A DNA stretch of 63,966 nucleotides, the filler included, from an uncultured bacterium (lineage in GTDB: Bacteria > Auribacterota > CAZIXI01), in NCBI GenBank assembly GCA_964543115.1. It is 3 parts of 3 records of this genome, joined end to end, with 100 filler letters (N's around TTAATTAATTAA, not from the genome) between each part and the next. Parts side by side here need not be neighbours in the genome. Positions count along the whole stretch, not along the records: positions 23,313 to 46,060 come from CAZIXI010000022.1; positions 46,161 to 63,966 come from CAZIXI010000046.1; 1 more part is not named here. One strand, given 5' to 3'. Of the stretch, positions 38,301 to 49,463 are shown piece by piece. Numbering within the stretch: position 1 is the first letter of the stretch; every line of letters starts with the position of its first letter. The notes below the pieces were generated by a model, which was not told the DNA's origin, did not search any database, and saw only the letters and a program-made list of their open reading frames with translations. The position numbers and the translations under genes are program-made.

Positions 38301-41300
38301 CCGCCGGTCAAGGATTCACCGGCGGTTATTCTGCCCTCAGCGGCAGTACCCAATCCGATACACAAATAGCTTCAGCAATGAGCAGTTCCACAACCACGGC
38401 TAGTGCTAAATCAATGGCGGCAGCGGAAACCGAAGCGCTAACCCAGTCAGAAGTTTCCGGCCGGCTGTTAACGGTTAGTTCCTGGATAGAGGATTTGTCA
38501 GCTACCAGAGGCAAATATCAGGCGCTGCAAAAACAAATAGCCGCGGTCAGTGAATTAAGAGAGGAATACGAAAAGTCGTTTAGCGAATTTGATGAGAGTC
38601 TGAAACAGGCGGAAGAACACTATCAGCAGTTAGAAAAACAGCTGGCTGAGGGCAATATCACCACTGAAGAGGTAAATGATTTAACGGCGCAATATCTGCT
38701 GGAGATGACGGAGATTCTGGACCGGCTGGATTCCTGTCTGACGGAGATCAGCAGTCAGTTACATGAATACCGGCAGGCGCAATATGACATCAGTTCACGT
38801 CTGGGAGAGATTGGTACACGTCTGGATACTAAGTTTGAGAAGCTGAACAATCTGCAAATAGCCCTGGCAGAATTGGACACGGAAACCAGGGGGCGGTTAG
38901 CGGAATTAACAGCGCGTAAACAGGCAGCCAGAGAAACCGCCGCAGAATTAGCTGCTGTACTGCAGGCGGATGTAAATACTTTGGATCAAGGTATGCAGCA
39001 ATCCATACAGCGGACAGAGCGGGTTAGGTCGCAATTGCCGCAGTGGCTGCAAAAGTTTCGCCAGGCAGCGGTAAATATTGATATTCTCCAGCTGAATATT
39101 GACAGTGAGAAATCACAGCTGGAGAGTGAGCGGCAATGGTACCAGTGCCGTGATGAATTAAACTCGGAAGTGAAGCCGTATCTTGCGGATTTGGCGGACT
39201 GGCCGCGGCTGCGCACAAACGCGGATTTCTGGTATGAGCTCTATGCCCACAATGAAATTGACAGCCGGGCACTGACCAGAGAGCTTAAGGCCATTAGGCG
39301 GTTTGCCGATTATTATGCGCGCCAAACTAATGGCCGGGATAAATTGGATTTTGCCCAGGCGCAATATTTTGCCCGGATATCCCTTAGCGGAGCTTTTAGT
39401 GTGCAAGAGGTAGAGCGGATGATTGAATTAGAGGTTGTGTTAGAGCCACGGGTGGCTCAGCTTTTCGGCCGGCCGGTAGGGGCCAGGCCCACAGCGGCGC
39501 AGGAGAAGGAACTGTATGACCGGATCATTGTGGCAATGATTTTGCTGGAAGAGGATGAGGCGGTGCGGCAGGGTATTAATAATGAAATAGAACTAAAAAC
39601 TTCTCTCCGCTATTTTTACCGGCAAGTTACTGGCAGCACGCCAACGATGATGGATAGTGAATACAGGATGCTGCTGAGGCTTTATAGCGAACAGGTTACT
39701 CATGGCTCACTGACAATGAACCAGGCAAAAAGGCTAATTGCTGACCTTACCGTATTAGTAAAAAGCGGTATGCTGCAGGATTTGCTGGAAATGACTGAAG
39801 TGGAAACAGCAGAGTTATTGGATCTATTCTCTGCGCAAACAAAAGTCAGTCTGCAGTTGGTGCTGGCCCTAAGGTCAGCTGATATTACGGATATAGAAAT
39901 GTTCAGCGGGATCACTAAGCTGCTGGATACGCTGATAAATAATGAAGGGGAAAATGATTTGTTCAAATTTTGGGAAGAGGGAAAGCAGCTGACGGAATCC
40001 AGCGGGTTTGTACTTACCCTGGAATACTATGAATTGATGAAGAGCCAGGGATACAGCTACAGTGATATTGAGAATTATCTGGAAAATCTTGCTGATTTTA
40101 TCCCCTACGTAGAACAAATCATTGGTACCGTTATTGCCCGGGATGAATTTATGCAGTTTAAATTTGAATCAGAGGCTGGTGACCGGGCAGCCTTGCAGTT
40201 TCTTTCCTACTGGGCAATTGCGGCGACGGTAAATGATATTGAAGGTGTTGCCGCAGCTGATGTAGAGAATATCTTAAAATTAATGGGGCAATTACGGCCG
40301 GAATTGGAGGCTGCCGGCATCTTTGGTCAGGCAAAGGACTTTGATTATACTAATAGTGATCAGCGCAAGATATTGCGTAAAATTGCCGGCCTGGGGTTAT
40401 TCGATCAGCGTTGGGCAACCAATCATACGGAGTCATTGATTGATGCTTACCGGGATGGTTTCCCACAGATCTTAGCCGAGGCCGTTGGCGAGGAGGAATT
40501 GGACCTCTCCCGTGATGATCATTTTGATCTCGCCTGTTACTGGGTGATGGTGCGCGGGGAAATGGAGCAAGAAGAGGTGAATGCGGAAGAACCGCTAAAG
40601 CTATTTATTCAATTACGGCCCGTGTTGGAGCTTAAATATGGTGAATTAGAGGAATTGAGGATTGCGGCAGATAATCCGTATATTATTGATTCTCTACTGG
40701 CTGGCCAGCGGGAATTTGGCATCGGCACGAATGAGTGGCTGGCGGTACATGCTCTTCATCTGCGTACCGGAACATTTATTGCCGAAAAGCTGGGAATAGA
40801 AAAAGAGAAATTATTTCAAGAAACGGAGTATGAATTCTACCGGGAATGGGCACTGGGCATAGCCCTGCTAAAATACAAACAAGGATTGGATACAGAAGAA
40901 TACCTTGCGCGCCTGGCTTTGGTAGCGGAAAAGATGCAGACCATCGGTCTTATTGACAGGGACTGGATAAGGAATGAGGCGGCTGCACAAACGGTGAGAT
41001 ATCTGGTATTGCTTTCCCTGCGGGATGATTTCAATCAGGATCTGGACCAGTTGTTAAACAGCCTGTCCATGCTGGTTAATAGCAGTTTGCTGGATTATGA
41101 TTTATTTAATCAAGCGCAGCTGAAGGAATTGATCCAGATTGCTCAAGCTGACCGGGCGGCGGAAGAGGAGGAGGGGTACAGTCAACGGTGCGAAGAGATG
41201 TTAACGGCGATGTCTGTGCTCGTTCCGCACATTGAAACAATTACCGGTACGGAGATTACGGAAGACCAAATAAAGATGATTCTAACCTCACAAACCACGC

Positions 41301-44300
41301 CGCAGAGTTCAGCATCTCCCGCTGTTTATCTTTTGCAAAGAGAGCTTGTCTTGACCCTGCAGGGACAGCAGCGTGAGCAATTCCTTATTGATATGGCTGA
41401 GGTTGCCAGCCGCTGGCAGCAATTAACCAATAAGAGAATAGAAAATCTTTCCGCGGATGATATCCAGGGACTGGATAAATTGACTCTGCTTTATCAGACG
41501 CAAAAAGATCAGGGCCTGGATGCGCAGCAATATTTTACGGAATTGGTTAAGATAAAGGGATTGCTGGAAAGGCATGTTTATCAAGGCGTCAAAATCAGTA
41601 TTGAAAATCCGTTCACTGACCCGCAGGCCCTGTTATTGCAGAGATTGGCCTGGGTGGTGAGCAGCAATAAAGAAATAGCGGTAGAGGAACTGATTGAATC
41701 CATGGGCATTGTTAAAGACATGCTGGAAGATTACTTTGTGCAGCTGCCCGTCCTAACAGAGAGTGAGATAGCGGCATTAAGCGCAGAGATACGCAGAACT
41801 TCGTTTAATAATGAAGCGCAGGTAAGCGCCTTGATGACTGCTCTAAAGGCCAAGCAAAAAACAAGTTCCCAAGGCATATTGGATCTGGATAATCCGGAGC
41901 ATCTGGAGGCGTTAATCTATTACGCGCTATATTATCAGCTTTATCCCGGCACCCTGGAACAAGGATTAGAAAACGCCAAAAGGCTAAAGCCATATCTGGA
42001 TCTCCTGGACGGGCAAGCTGCTGACCTGAGTGCCGGGCTGCTGGCATTGCTGCCTGCCGGAGACGGGTTGCTGACGGCATTGGCCGGAGAGGATACCGCC
42101 GGATTGGAAAGGCAGCTCTTAAGCGCCATTAAATACAAGGATCTGCTGGAACAAATTATGGGTAGCATTAACAAGGGAGATATTGTGTGCTGGGCGGATT
42201 TTGTCTTAGGTAAGGAATTGGCACTGGGTAAACAGCAGCGGTTTGACGGCCGGGATTATTTGGAAGTTATTGGTTTATTAATTGAACGGTCCGCTGTATT
42301 GTTTGCTGATATTGATTTTACCAATATCGATCTAGAGTTGGATGAGGACGGCCGGCCCCGTGACAGACAATTGTACCTCCTGGACCGGATTGCCGAAAAG
42401 ATCATTTTAGGCGAACTGGAACTAGAGGATGCCTATAAACTTATCCGCAACCTGGAACAGGGAATAGATCCGGTGAAAGAGCCGGCGGAAATCTTCACGG
42501 CATTCCAGGAGCTGAGTGATGATTGGCAGGAAATGATGTTTCTCTTAATGATCCACCAGCCGTATGTAAACATTGAATATCTGCACGGCCGGGGTAAAAA
42601 ACAAAAGGCGATTTTTATGGCTGATTGTACTGCCGGCATTGAGCTGGCGGAAGTGTTTCCTGACGGCCTGGAAGATTTAACTAAAAAAGAAATTAACGAA
42701 ATAAACATTCTGCTGGGACTGGTGGCCGGCAACCAGGAACAGGGGTTGGAAATCTGGCAGGCAGTGCGCCCGCACCTTAATGGCTTACACTCTGCCATCA
42801 GCAGCTTTAATGACGCGGGTCTGGGCAGCGGACAGGATCATTTCAGTATTGCCTTGGGCATTCCGGCAGCGCAGCAGAAACTGAATAATCTGGAATATAT
42901 ACGTAAACTATATCTTCTTCTGGGTAGCTGGTACCTGAGGCAGGGGGAAGATTGGCAGCCGGTGAAAATGACCAAGCTTTTTACCGAAAAACTATTGCCC
43001 TGGGCACGAGTTTGGGCAAGCACACTTAACAATCATCCCAGTATGATGCGCAGCCTGGGATTTCAGGGTAATGTTTCCGCTGCCGGATTGACGCTGACGC
43101 TTAATCCCCATGATCGGGACGGGTTTTCCCGGGTAACGAATCTCATTTTCAAAACCGATATCCCCGTGGAGAGTGAACTGGTGTGCTGGAGCATTGATAT
43201 AATTGATATTTGGGAAATGCAGCACCAGGCGGAATATATCGGGGCCTGTGCCAACAGCATGATTCTTTTATGCGAGGGTAATGAAATTTATCAACAGATA
43301 CTGGAGAAGAATTACGATACCGATATCAGTGATAATAACATTAACTGGGGCGGTTCGGAACTGACAAATTTCCTTTCCCTGATCTTCTATTATGACAGTG
43401 ATGGTGATGCCCATCAGGCGTATGACCACGTACTGGAGGATGTGGGCGTAACGATAAATCCCAATGCCATGGCCGGGTTTGACTATTTGCTTGGTTGTAT
43501 CCAGGGTTTATATGAAATGGGTGAAGCTGACGCTGACCGCAAACTGGTGCTGTCAGAGATCTTCGGCATCGATTTTGTGAATATGCAGTTTACGGAAGAG
43601 GGCAGGGAACAGATCGAGTATTTGATTTATCAAGAGGTGGATGATTCCATCAGGCACAAATATGAATACGGCCGCCGGTTTGATTCGGTGGAAGAAATGA
43701 AAGATACGGTTGGTTATATCCTGGACGGCATTTATGAGATCTGGCAGTGGTGGGAAGAAAATTGCCGCAACAATGAAGATTACCGAAAGATGTTTCAATA
43801 TCTCTATGGGGTTGATTTTACTGACGGTATCAGTAGAGTTGGCTTGACAATTATTGGGCCCCTGGGCAATACGCTTGCTACCGGCGGATCAGAATTGAAC
43901 AGGCTGATAAATATGTGTTTTAATGATGACGGCAGGTTATGTGAAAACGGTAAGGAACTGCTCACTGTACTTGATCTTGATTATATTGTGGGTACACTGG
44001 TGCGCATATTCCAGGAAGCTGCAGAGGAGATAGAAATCATTTATGGTATTAGCACCCCGAAGGCAATTAGCGTTTTAAGCGGCGGAGCAGTATTTAGTGA
44101 AGATGAAAAAACAATGCTTTATTTTATCCTCTATATGGATGAGTGTGAACTGGGCTATGATGCGGCGGATCCGCGCAGGTTTAAGACGGAGAAGAAACTA
44201 GAGGATTATATTGAAAATATTAAGGAAGTAGCTGTCTTGATGCAGAGTGAAAAGTTCCGTAATTTGTTTAAAATCACTCCGAAAATTTATCCCGGTACCT

Positions 44301-46060
44301 CTACGGGTGATGAGATGCTGAATTTTATGTTTGCCATAGTTGATGAAACAATTGGAGACAGCCGGCCGGACAGATCAGTTGGCTATGATACGGTAAGTGA
44401 TTATCTGCGTGGTCTGGATGATGTAATCGCTATTCTTAACGATCCGCATTTCAGAAAGATATTTAATTTAACAGAAGAACTGAACGCCATTGATATTAAT
44501 AATTGCCAGAAACTGTCGTATCGGAACGTGCACCAGATTTTTACCAGGGATATGCTACAGCTGGCCTACTGGTTTACTTCTAAATTTGGCGTTGGTGATG
44601 GTTGTTTCTGGCGGGATGTGGATGAACTGAAGGAATTTTTCACCATCGCTGCCGTACTGGAAACTAATATTAGAGAGGACATCGAGGCAGCAGAAGTACC
44701 GGGTGGGCCGCTGTTTGACCTGCAGTTATCCCGGCCCTTAGTAAGGCATAAACTTGATCTTTTGCTCTTAAATGCGCAAACCATTCATGCCCTTCAGCGT
44801 CAATTGGCTAGCGCAGACAGTGATGAATTAACCATTGTATTTTATGACGGCAGTGTGCGGCGGCGCAAAGCTGACAAATCAGGCTATGAATACGAACCTT
44901 CACATCGGATTACCTTTAAGGCTAAACAAGAGGGGATTTACCAGGCGGGTGATGTGGTTAGTGTTGTCAGGACAAGTGTAGATAACAATGACAAAACAGT
45001 AGAAGAAATTACTAATTACCTGCCGGGTGCGCGGGCGGAATACAGCCAGAGCGTCAGCGGAGCAGCGATTGCGGGAGAAAGTATAGTATTTGAAGGCGGA
45101 AGGCCGCAAAACAGCTGGCTATTGCCGATTTGGGTCAAGATAAAGGGACAGGCCGGCAGCATTGAAGAAAAGACACTGGATGATCTGGGCCGCACGCAAA
45201 CCGTGCACCTTAGATTATTGCAGGGACCTTCCGGGGAGGCAGAAGAATATTATTCTGTTTCGGAATATGAGGGCAGAGAAAGGGAGCCGGCAAAAACAAG
45301 TTTTTACCGCGAAGCGGCACATCCGGATAACCTTATATATAATGAAAGACCAATAGCTGGCCCTGGGGAAGAGAAATGGTGCCTACAGGAAGTAAATCTC
45401 GGTAATGGCCGCAGTATCAATATGGAAGTATTGCGCAATAATAATGATCCGGACAAAATAGAAGAAATAAGGTATGTTTACGGCAGCCGGATGGTGAATC
45501 AGACCGGCGGAGAATCTTCCCGCAGTGTTTATGAAGAAACTGCCGGAAAACCAACATTAATTATGCAGCCCACTGGGGAAACCGATGATCAGGGTAATAT
45601 TGAAGTAGCGGTGATGAAATATGATGAAGCAACGGGCGAGGAAATGCTGCTTCGATATGAATATTATCACCCTGCCGATCCGCTAAAAAGAAAATTATCG
45701 GAGGTGGATTTCGCGGAAAAATACAGCGCCAAATACCAATATGATAAGGGCAGCAGTAGAATAAACCGGTCCACCATGAGTAAATACGGCAAGGAAGTAA
45801 AGAATACCTATGCGGCCGGGGAATATCTGGTAGGGGATCTGCTGGACCAGGGAGTGTTTACAACCGGGATGTTGGCCAGACTGCCCGCTGAATTGGGCAT
45901 AAATGAAAACACGGTGATCCAGAAATCACGCGTGGTGCCGGTAAGCGGCCAGCCCTATGTTGCTTACAGTCTGGCGCTTGATCTCGCGGGTCGGGTGCTG
46001 CTGGTTGAACTTCCTGACGGGGTCAAGGTGCTTAACGCAGATTTTGCCGTCGGGGAATTT
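23315..46060 (+). CDS. Giant membrane/secreted protein, at least 7,582 aa, open at both ends: SecA-like ATPase, multi-TM region, TolC/OEP-like repeats, M15 peptidase, beta-barrel-like region, helical repeats, YD-like repeats
   Basis: No stop across the whole contig; frame is open upstream of the track's GTG (LITITEEDLEEV...). Motifs LPTSAGKT (24713), FDEGD (25106), GRRWSYGL, STNLGGRGVD (26141), QFRGRVAR (26234); SSFRTREEQ, HQAGKALD (32498), EAYHFDY (33101). Confidence 0.9.
23863..23925 (+). repeat. In-frame tandem heptamer array (ACGAGCG-like x9) inside the giant ORF
   Basis: actagcg acgagcg acgagcg actagcg acgagag acgagcg acgagaa acgagtg acgaagg = 63 bp. Confidence 0.85.
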
Positions 46061-46160
46061 NNNNNNNNNNNNNNNNNNNNNNNNNNNNNNNNNNNNNNNN
46101 NNNNTTAATTAATTAANNNNNNNNNNNNNNNNNNNNNNNNNNNNNNNNNNNNNNNNNNNN
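46061..46160. other. Artificial contig spacer
   Basis: 44 N + TTAATTAATTAA + 44 N. Confidence 0.97.
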
Positions 46161-46161
46161 C

Positions 46162-46602
46162 AAGTGTCTGGGAATGGAAGTAGTTAATGTTCCCGGGGCA
46201 ACCGGCTATTATGATACTGATTACAGTGCCAAGGCGGATTATGCAATTAAGACCCTGGCCGGGCTGGATCTGATGTACGTGCATGTGGAAGCACCGGATG
46301 AGGCCGGCCATAACGGGGACCTGCGCAATAAAATTCTGGCAATTGAGCGTTTCGATGAAAAGGTTGTCGGTCCGGTACTAAACTGGCTGCGGGAACAAGG
46401 TGATTACAGGATTTTGGTTTTGCCTGATCATCCAACCCCGCTTAAATTGCGCACACATACGGCTGATCCTGTTCCTTTCGCCCTTTGCGGTAAAGGAATC
46501 GCGGTGGATCAGCTGACAAAATTTACGGAGAAAGAGGCGCTGAAAGGAAGTTATGGGGTATTAAACGGAGATACATTAATGGAGGTGCTAACAACAAAAT
46601 GA
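46162..46602 (+). CDS. apgM: Cofactor-independent phosphoglycerate mutase family protein (ApgM-like), C-terminal fragment
   Basis: [39 protein letters not shown] metal-binding motifs; frame is open to the contig edge. Confidence 0.85.
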   Translation, partial: KCLGMEVVNVPGATGYYDTDYSAKADYAIKTLAGLDLMYVHVEAPDEAGHNGDLRNKILAIERFDEKVVGPVLNWLREQGDYRILVLPDHPTPLKLRTHTADPVPFALCGKGIAVDQLTKFTEKEALKGSYGVLNGDTLMEVLTTK

Positions 46603-47822
46603 GATCGATTATTGTGCAAAAATACGGAGGTTCTTCGGTTGCTGACGCCGAACGGATCAGGGCGGTGGCCCAGCGGGTAGTAGAAACGAAAAATGCCGGG
46701 AACAATGTGGTGGTGGTTGTCAGTGCTATGGGCAAGACAACAGATCAATTATTGAAATTGGCGCATGAAATCAATCAGGTGCCGGAAGAAAGGGAGATGG
46801 ATATGCTGCTTTCTACTGGTGAGCAGATATCTATTTCGCTTCTGGCGATGGCTATTCATTCACTGGGTTGTGGAGCGATTTCCTTTACCGGGGCGCAGGT
46901 AGGGATTGTTACCGATAATATTCATACCAAGGCCAAAATTATTAAAATTGAACCGCAGAGGATCTATGAGGAGCTGGATAAGGGGAACGTGGTGATTGTG
47001 GCCGGTTTTCAGGGAATTGATTTTGAACATAATATCACCCTGGGCCGCGGTGGTTCAGATACCACGGCGGTGGCCCTGGCCGCCACACTCAAGGCCAAAC
47101 GTTGTGATATCTATACTGATGTTGACGGAGTATACACGGCCGATCCGCGGATGATTCCGGAAGCAAAAAAATTAAAAGAGATTTCTTATGATGAGATGTT
47201 GGAACTGGCTATTTTGGGCGCGAAGGTGCTGCATTCACGTGCCGTGGAATTTGCCGCTAAATATGAAGTGCCCTTATATGTTTTAAGCAGCTTTAATAAA
47301 GTTCCGGGCACGGCGATTATCAAGGAGGATAAGAATATGGAAGATATTGTTGTGCGCGGGATAGCCGTGCAGAAAGACGAGGCAAAGGTGACGATATTGA
47401 ATGTTCCCGATAAGCCGGGGATCGCGGCCAGGATATTTAAACGGATAGCCGATGCCAATATTAACATTGATATGATCGTCCAGAATGTCAGTGCCCAGGG
47501 AGTTACCGATGTTTCTTTTACCGTCGGGGCAACAGATTTAAGAAAGGTACAGAAGGTTTTACAGTCCCTGGTGGAAGACATCAAGGCCGGGGGTGTGGCG
47601 GTGGATGAAGATATGGCCAAGGTATCGGTGGTGGGAATCGGGATGCGCGGTCATACCGGTGTTGCTGCCCGGATGTTTAAGGCCCTGGCTGATAAAAAAA
47701 TTAATATTGAAATGATCAGTACATCCGAAATTAAGATATCCTGTGTGATTGAGAAACAGTTTGCCACAAAGGCCGCCCAGGTTCTGCATAAGGAGTTTAA
47801 GCTCGAAGAGATTGAAGCCTAG
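46599..47822 (+). CDS. lysC: Aspartate kinase with two ACT domains
   Basis: [41 protein letters not shown]. Confidence 0.97.
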   Translation: MRSIIVQKYGGSSVADAERIRAVAQRVVETKNAGNNVVVVVSAMGKTTDQLLKLAHEINQVPEEREMDMLLSTGEQISISLLAMAIHSLGCGAISFTGAQVGIVTDNIHTKAKIIKIEPQRIYEELDKGNVVIVAGFQGIDFEHNITLGRGGSDTTAVALAATLKAKRCDIYTDVDGVYTADPRMIPEAKKLKEISYDEMLELAILGAKVLHSRAVEFAAKYEVPLYVLSSFNKVPGTAIIKEDKNMEDIVVRGIAVQKDEAKVTILNVPDKPGIAARIFKRIADANINIDMIVQNVSAQGVTDVSFTVGATDLRKVQKVLQSLVEDIKAGGVAVDEDMAKVSVVGIGMRGHTGVAARMFKALADKKINIEMISTSEIKISCVIEKQFATKAAQVLHKEFKLEEIEA

Positions 47823-47830
47823 ACTGATTA

Positions 47831-47871
47831 TGATTGCGGATTCTTTCAATCCGCAATCCGCTATCCGAAAT
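47831..47871. repeat. Intergenic ATTGCGGATT/AATCCGC heptamer-type hairpin
   Basis: attgcggatt-ctttc-aatccgcaat followed by ccgctatccgaaat. Confidence 0.65.
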
Positions 47872-47888
47872 AGGAAAAGGGGAGATTT

Positions 47889-49460
47889 ATGAGCAAGGTG
47901 AAAATATATGATACCACCCTCCGTGACGGTACCCAGGGAGAAGGCATTTCTTTCAGTGTGGCTGATAAACTGCGTATTGCCCGCAAGCTGGATGAACTGG
48001 GGGTCCATTATATCGAAGGCGGCTGGCCGGGATCTAATCCCAAGGATATTGAGTTTTTCCAGAGTGTAAAGAAGATAAAGCTCAAAGGAGCGAAGATTAC
48101 CAGTTTTGGCAGTACCCGGCGCAAAGGCATCAAACCTGCTCAGGATACCAATTTAAAGATGCTGCTGGATGCCGGGACACCGGTGGTGACTATTTTCGGG
48201 AAAAGCTGGCTGCTGCATGTAAAACAGGTACTGCATACTACCCCGGAAGAAAATCTGGCGATGATTAATGATTCAATTAAGTTTCTTAAATCTAAGGGTA
48301 GAGAAGTAATCTATGACGCGGAGCACTTTTTTGATGGATTTAAAGATGATCCCGGTTATGCCCTGGAAACGCTCAAGGCCGCGGTGGCCGGCGGTGCTGA
48401 CGCAGTGGTTCTCTGTGATACGAACGGGGGGACTTTACCGTCGGAGTTGACTGAAATTATCGCCAAAGTGAAAAAAGAGATTAAAGCGTCCCTGGGGATT
48501 CATGTCCATAACGATAACGGCATGGCTATTGCTAATTCAGTAACGGCGGTGGAATTAGGAGCCCGGCAGGTTCAGGGAACGATTAATGGTTATGGTGAAC
48601 GCTGCGGAAATGCTGATCTATGCGCGATCATTCCTAACCTTAAAATTAAATTGGGGATTTCTTGTCTCAGTGATAAACAGTTGACCCGATTAGTCGAGGT
48701 TTCCCGGTTCGTAGAGGAATTGGCTAATCTGCGTCATAATCCCAAATTGCCTTATGTGGGTGCCAGTGCCTTTGCCCATAAAGGGGGAATGCATGTCGAT
48801 GCCGTGGCCAAGGTGACCCGTAGTTTTGAGCATATAGAGCCGGGACTGGTGGGCAACCAGCGCCGGGTGCTGGTCTCTGAACTTTCCGGTAAGGCGGTAA
48901 TTCAGAAAAAGGCGGCGGAGCTGGGACTTGATCTTACCGGGGATACTCCTAAAATCAGGGAAATTTTAGCCACTATTAAGAAATTGGAACACGAAGGATA
49001 TGAATTTGAAGCGGCGGAAGGTTCTTTTGAGTTGTTGATTAAAAAGGCCCTGAAACGTCACCGCAGTTTCTTTGATCTGGAGGGGTTTCGGGTGATTGTG
49101 GAAAAAAGGGAAGATGACCGGTTGATTTCTGAAGCCACGATTAAAGTGCGTGTTGGTAAGGAACCGGTTCATACGGCCGGGGAAGGTGACGGGCCGGTAA
49201 ATGCCCTGGATACGGCGTTGCGCAAGGCCCTGGAAAAGTTTTATCCGGCAATTAATAAGGTGCGCCTGGTAGATTATAAGGTCCGGGTATTGGACCCGAA
49301 AGAGGGGACGGCAGCGAAAGTGCGGGTACTGATTGAATCCACTGACGGGCAAGAGATCTGGGGTACTATCGGGGTCAGTGAAAATATTATTCAGGCCAGC
49401 TGGGAAGCGCTGGTGGATAGCGTGGAGTATAAGCTGCTGCGGGAAGAGGATAAGAAATAG
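47889..49460 (+). CDS. cimA: Citramalate synthase
   Basis: [49 protein letters not shown]. Confidence 0.93.
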   Translation: MSKVKIYDTTLRDGTQGEGISFSVADKLRIARKLDELGVHYIEGGWPGSNPKDIEFFQSVKKIKLKGAKITSFGSTRRKGIKPAQDTNLKMLLDAGTPVVTIFGKSWLLHVKQVLHTTPEENLAMINDSIKFLKSKGREVIYDAEHFFDGFKDDPGYALETLKAAVAGGADAVVLCDTNGGTLPSELTEIIAKVKKEIKASLGIHVHNDNGMAIANSVTAVELGARQVQGTINGYGERCGNADLCAIIPNLKIKLGISCLSDKQLTRLVEVSRFVEELANLRHNPKLPYVGASAFAHKGGMHVDAVAKVTRSFEHIEPGLVGNQRRVLVSELSGKAVIQKKAAELGLDLTGDTPKIREILATIKKLEHEGYEFEAAEGSFELLIKKALKRHRSFFDLEGFRVIVEKREDDRLISEATIKVRVGKEPVHTAGEGDGPVNALDTALRKALEKFYPAINKVRLVDYKVRVLDPKEGTAAKVRVLIESTDGQEIWGTIGVSENIIQASWEALVDSVEYKLLREEDKK

Positions 49461-49463
49461 GAA

